Shown: in pieces, positions 26,913 through 29,950 of the stretch
Numbering within the stretch: position 1 is the stretch's first letter
How the letters are laid out: each line of letters opens with the position of its first letter
NCBI GenBank assembly: GCA_043803765.1
Contig: JAZDJQ010000005.1
Location: forward strand, 1 to 29,950
DNA length: 29,950 nt
Direction: 5' to 3'
DNA from: Candidatus Iainarchaeum sp.
Lineage (GTDB): Archaea > Iainarchaeota > Iainarchaeia > Iainarchaeales > VGJJ01
Position numbers and translations under genes: made by a program
Notes under the pieces: model-generated
The model's input: only the letters and a program-made list of their open reading frames with translations
Told to the model about the DNA's origin: nothing
The model's database searches: none

Positions 26913-27213
26913 TGTTTTCTCTTCGCGAGGAAACGACTTTAAAACTAGAGAAAATTTCCCAAAAAACCCGACCATGCTCTTATTTCTCTTTTTCTGGAAG
27001 ACAGCGGAACTCCTGCAAGTCGTATAATTCCAAGACCGTGGGATTGTCTTTCCACGTGAAGAAAGTGTCTTTTGCCAAAAGACCCGCAACCAGCGAGCAG
27101 AACTATACGCACGATTTATCACAAACAACCTAAAATTAGTCAAAAAGACAAAGATTTTCAACTAAGCCTCAAAAACCGCCCCTTTTTTATTCTCCCAATT
27201 CATTCCTTAACGT

Positions 27214-28335
27214 ATGACTTCTAAGACTTCTATTTTGTTAATTATTCAGCAGAATCCTGGAATTGATTATCAGAGTTTGCTTTCTAAAACCGCTCCTAAT
27301 TATGCTAATTTGAACTCGGCTCGTGCCGCATTGTCCCGTGTGTTAAAGGATGCGGTTTCATTTGGCATGGTCACCCGTCAGGAAAACCAGCTTTTTCTCA
27401 CGGATAAAGGAGTAGCCGGGCTGAAAGTGAAAATGCATGATAAGCTTATTCTCAAGCTCAACTCGTTGATGAAAATTCGTACCGTGGCACAGAACCCCGA
27501 CCCGTTAGTACAGCATTTGTCTATTTTGCTTGAGCGGGGAAAAATGGACCCTCGTTTATTGGATAATGCGCGTGCCTCGACTAGTTTTTCGGTGAATGAT
27601 TTGGAAAGGGTCCACGTGAAGTTGCAGGAAAACATCCGTCACCTCTCTTATTTGGAAAAAACGCTTGAACAGCAGGTTGAATCATTGCGCGGACAGAATT
27701 TTCCCGTATCCCAAGTAGTAAAGAATGCAGACCTTCTTCCTAATGCGAATAAGGGATTGGATGCCATCCATGTTGAAGAAGTGCAGGTAGAACACCCTTC
27801 TCATTCTCCTTTGGAAAATCATCCCCTTTTTGCTAGTATTCCCCACGTTACATCCAAAGGAAACAGGGTAAGCATTCCTCCTGCTCATTTTTCTACATTG
27901 CTCGCACGTTTGGCAGAACAGGAAGAGCACACTCATCCCCCCCGAGTGTATGCCGGGCTATTAACATTGGATACGGGAAAAGAACACACGATTATTCGAG
28001 GACCCAGTCAAGTAGTGGAAAAGTTCGCCGGAACCCTTTCCATTCAGGAAACGATTGATACATTGTCTCTTTCTCAAACACCATTGCCTTCTCTTCCAGC
28101 AGAGCCTTTGACAAAAGCAGTCCCGCTTCCTCCAAGGGATGATACGCCCGATGAGCCCTATCCTACTAATCCTCCTCCTAATCCAATACCGGATAACCCC
28201 CCTCAACCATTGCCTCCTTATCAGCCGGAGGAACCACCTTCTCCTATCCCTTCTGATGATGAGCCGGATTCTCCCGAAGATGATGAAAACCCTGATTCAG
28301 AGGATGAAGAATCAACCGAAAACGCTCGTCCATAA
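27214..28335 (+). CDS. Hypothetical protein: N-terminal winged helix, coiled coil, Pro-rich/acidic tail
   Basis: ILLIIQQNPGI...ALSRVLKD...G.V......LTDKG; C-terminal PPPNPIPDNPPQP...DDEPDSPEDDE. Confidence 0.7.
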   Translation: MTSKTSILLIIQQNPGIDYQSLLSKTAPNYANLNSARAALSRVLKDAVSFGMVTRQENQLFLTDKGVAGLKVKMHDKLILKLNSLMKIRTVAQNPDPLVQHLSILLERGKMDPRLLDNARASTSFSVNDLERVHVKLQENIRHLSYLEKTLEQQVESLRGQNFPVSQVVKNADLLPNANKGLDAIHVEEVQVEHPSHSPLENHPLFASIPHVTSKGNRVSIPPAHFSTLLARLAEQEEHTHPPRVYAGLLTLDTGKEHTIIRGPSQVVEKFAGTLSIQETIDTLSLSQTPLPSLPAEPLTKAVPLPPRDDTPDEPYPTNPPPNPIPDNPPQPLPPYQPEEPPSPIPSDDEPDSPEDDENPDSEDEESTENARP

Positions 28336-28385
28336 TTGGGTTTTTAGGGATTCGCTCACCCATTTTAGTTAACAATAATACGATT

Positions 28386-28468
28386 GGAGAGATGGCAGAG
28401 CGGTCAAATGCACTGGTTTCGAAAACCAGAGCCTCACGGCTACGGGAGTTCGAATCTCCCTCTCTCCG
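28386..28468 (+). tRNA. tRNA-Ser(CGA)
   Basis: Acceptor GGAGAGA/TCTCTCC+G; anticodon arm CTGGT-TTCGAAA-ACCAG; long variable arm; GTTCGAATC T-loop; no encoded CCA. Confidence 0.96.
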
Positions 28469-28594
28469 TTCATCGCCAAGAAAATGAGGGGTCACCGCAT
28501 GGCACCCCTGTTCCAATGCTGCCGGACGGACAAATAAGCGTTTTTGGCGGTTTAGTAAGCATTGATTTTTATTGACAAAGAAGTGGGTATTGGT

Positions 28595-28810
28595 ATGGAT
28601 TGGAAAGTTTATTTGGAAAAAGATATTGAATCAGGCTGGTATACCGTGACCGTTCCTGCTTTGCCAGGATGTATTAGTCAGGGAGAAACCCGTAAGGATG
28701 CGCTCGAAAATATTAAGGAGGCTATTGCGTTGCACTTGGAGTCATTGGCGGAGTCGGGTGTCCCTATCCATAGTGAAAAAGAAGTGGCTAAAGTTTCTGT
28801 TACCATATGA
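28595..28810 (+). CDS. hicB: HicB-family antitoxin (short form)
   Basis: YTVTVPALPGCISQGET..DALENIKEAI; ATG at 28595. Confidence 0.9.
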   Translation: MDWKVYLEKDIESGWYTVTVPALPGCISQGETRKDALENIKEAIALHLESLAESGVPIHSEKEVAKVSVTI

Positions 28811-29013
28811 AACTGCCCATTGTTTCTGGCAAAGATGTCTTGCGTGTTCTATTGAAGAAGGGCTATGCTATCAATAATCAGAAAGGAAGTCACATTCATT
28901 TGCAACATCCTGAAAAACAATCAGTCACGGTGCCGAATCACAAAGTCATTGTTCCTAAAACATTAAAATCAATTATCGAAGCAACCGGGCTGACTGCGGA
29001 TGATTTTCGCTGA
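28807..29013 (+). CDS. hicA: HicA-family toxin
   Basis: SGKDVLRVL.KKGY....QKGSH...VTVP.H....TLKSI; ATGA overlap with hicB. Confidence 0.9.
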   Translation: MKLPIVSGKDVLRVLLKKGYAINNQKGSHIHLQHPEKQSVTVPNHKVIVPKTLKSIIEATGLTADDFR

Positions 29014-29054
29014 TTGAGTAACAGAACGAAAAATGGTAATTAATGGAAAAAAAA

Positions 29055-29768
29055 TTAGGCGGGTAATGCTTCTCGTGCTAAGATGAGGCGTTCCTCTGCA
29101 AGAGTAGGATTGCCTCTTTCCAATGCGGATACTGATTCCGTAATGAGTTGGGCAACGATTGGTGGAAAATCCTTTTTTCCTGTTTGGGCAAGTGTAGACA
29201 AATACGTTGCAATATCATCCGGTCTTCGTGCTCGGGAATACCAATACTGGACATTATCTCCTGCGTGTCGAAGTTGGTCGGATAAAATGGTTTTTCGCCA
29301 TTCTTTGTTTTTGGAAAGCCCTGCATCCTGCAACAAGTCAAGGGGCAGTACATACTGCCTGCTGAGTGCACGCATGGCAAGTCGGTTTGCTTTTTGTAAA
29401 AAGTCAATTGCTTCCATTTTTTTCTTTTTTGCTAATGCAATTCCTGCGTTTTTTATTATTTCTCTTGCTTCTTTTAATTCCGGTTCGCGTTTTCGTCCAA
29501 GGGACTGATAGTCATATCGAAGTCGTTCTAGTACTGCATGGATGTCCCTTATATGAACGTCTACGCGTCCTAGTTTTTGGATAGCGAGGCGATTATCCCC
29601 TACGTATTTTTCTAATCGTTCTCGTTCAATGCGCATTCGCTCGGACAATTCTTCTGCCCTCCTTCCAAAAAAAACATGTTGTCTTTGTAATTGGTTTCTC
29701 CTTGCGATGATATCGTTTGCCGCTGCTCTTAGTTTTCCAAGTGCGGCAGTCGTGTTTCCTTTTTCCAA
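29055..29768 (-). CDS. Hypothetical helical/coiled-coil protein (start uncertain)
   Basis: 237 aa from TTG; the frame is open about 20 codons further upstream; recurring helical-hairpin motif (LEKGNTTAAL; LERGNPTLA). Confidence 0.6.
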   Translation of the reverse strand: MEKGNTTAALGKLRAAANDIIARRNQLQRQHVFFGRRAEELSERMRIERERLEKYVGDNRLAIQKLGRVDVHIRDIHAVLERLRYDYQSLGRKREPELKEAREIIKNAGIALAKKKKMEAIDFLQKANRLAMRALSRQYVLPLDLLQDAGLSKNKEWRKTILSDQLRHAGDNVQYWYSRARRPDDIATYLSTLAQTGKKDFPPIVAQLITESVSALERGNPTLAEERLILAREALPA

Positions 29769-29838
29769 CCATTTTTGTGCTTCACGCAGTCGTTGGATTG
29801 TTCTTTTTTTGGGGCTTGTTGAAATCCTTTATAAATAG

Positions 29839-29871
29839 CCTAAAATAGGAGGTTTTGCCTCCTACTTTAGG
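29839..29871. repeat. 14-bp inverted repeat/hairpin
   Basis: CCTAAAATAGGAGG-TTTTG-CCTCCTACTTTAGG (13/14), adjacent to TTTATAAA at 29828-29835. Confidence 0.6.
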
Positions 29872-29950
29872 TGGTTTTCGTATGAGTATTCTGATTCCTG
29901 TCGAATATAATTCCTTCTATTCGCTCGCGGAGCGAGCCTTTAGCGAGGCT

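Noticed and set aside
26913-27161. 83-aa N-terminal extension of the PIN ORF
   Set aside because: It does not look protein-like, and the PIN DTN motif falls at the expected distance from the ATG at 26912.
28244-28575. ORFs overlapping the tRNA on both strands
   Set aside because: Spurious frames across tRNA-Ser.
1091-29838. Many short antisense or alternate-frame ORFs in the track (e.g. 1261-1740, 5343-5738, 6833-7207, 21254-21781, 29083-29508)
   Set aside because: They are nested within well-supported genes and have no motifs.

Overview
This looks like an archaeal fragment, probably DPANN (inferred from ribosomal L44e, an intein-containing archaeal DHH/RecJ, and TATA-led leaderless genes). 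It carries a complete bacterial-type MEP isoprenoid pathway (dxs, dxr, ispD, ispE, ispF, ispG, ispH) within about 11 kb. A form IV RuBisCO-like protein that closely resembles the Chlorobium tepidum (IV-Photo) type sits inside the pathway block, coupled to ispF, together with YjbQ, a NUDIX enzyme, a SET-domain protein and a SnoaL-like protein. A bacterial-type triosephosphate isomerase and a type 2 IPP isomerase (fni, missed by the ORF track because it runs off the left edge) lie nearby. Other notable items are an SMC-head ATPase with a Rad50-like CPVC zinc hook in place of a hinge, a sigma70/ECF-like protein, a 13-residue repeat protein, three toxin-antitoxin-type modules, tRNA-Ser(CGA), and structured leaders or palindromes upstream of dxs, dxr and ispG. 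All calls come from motif recognition by eye; no searches were run.
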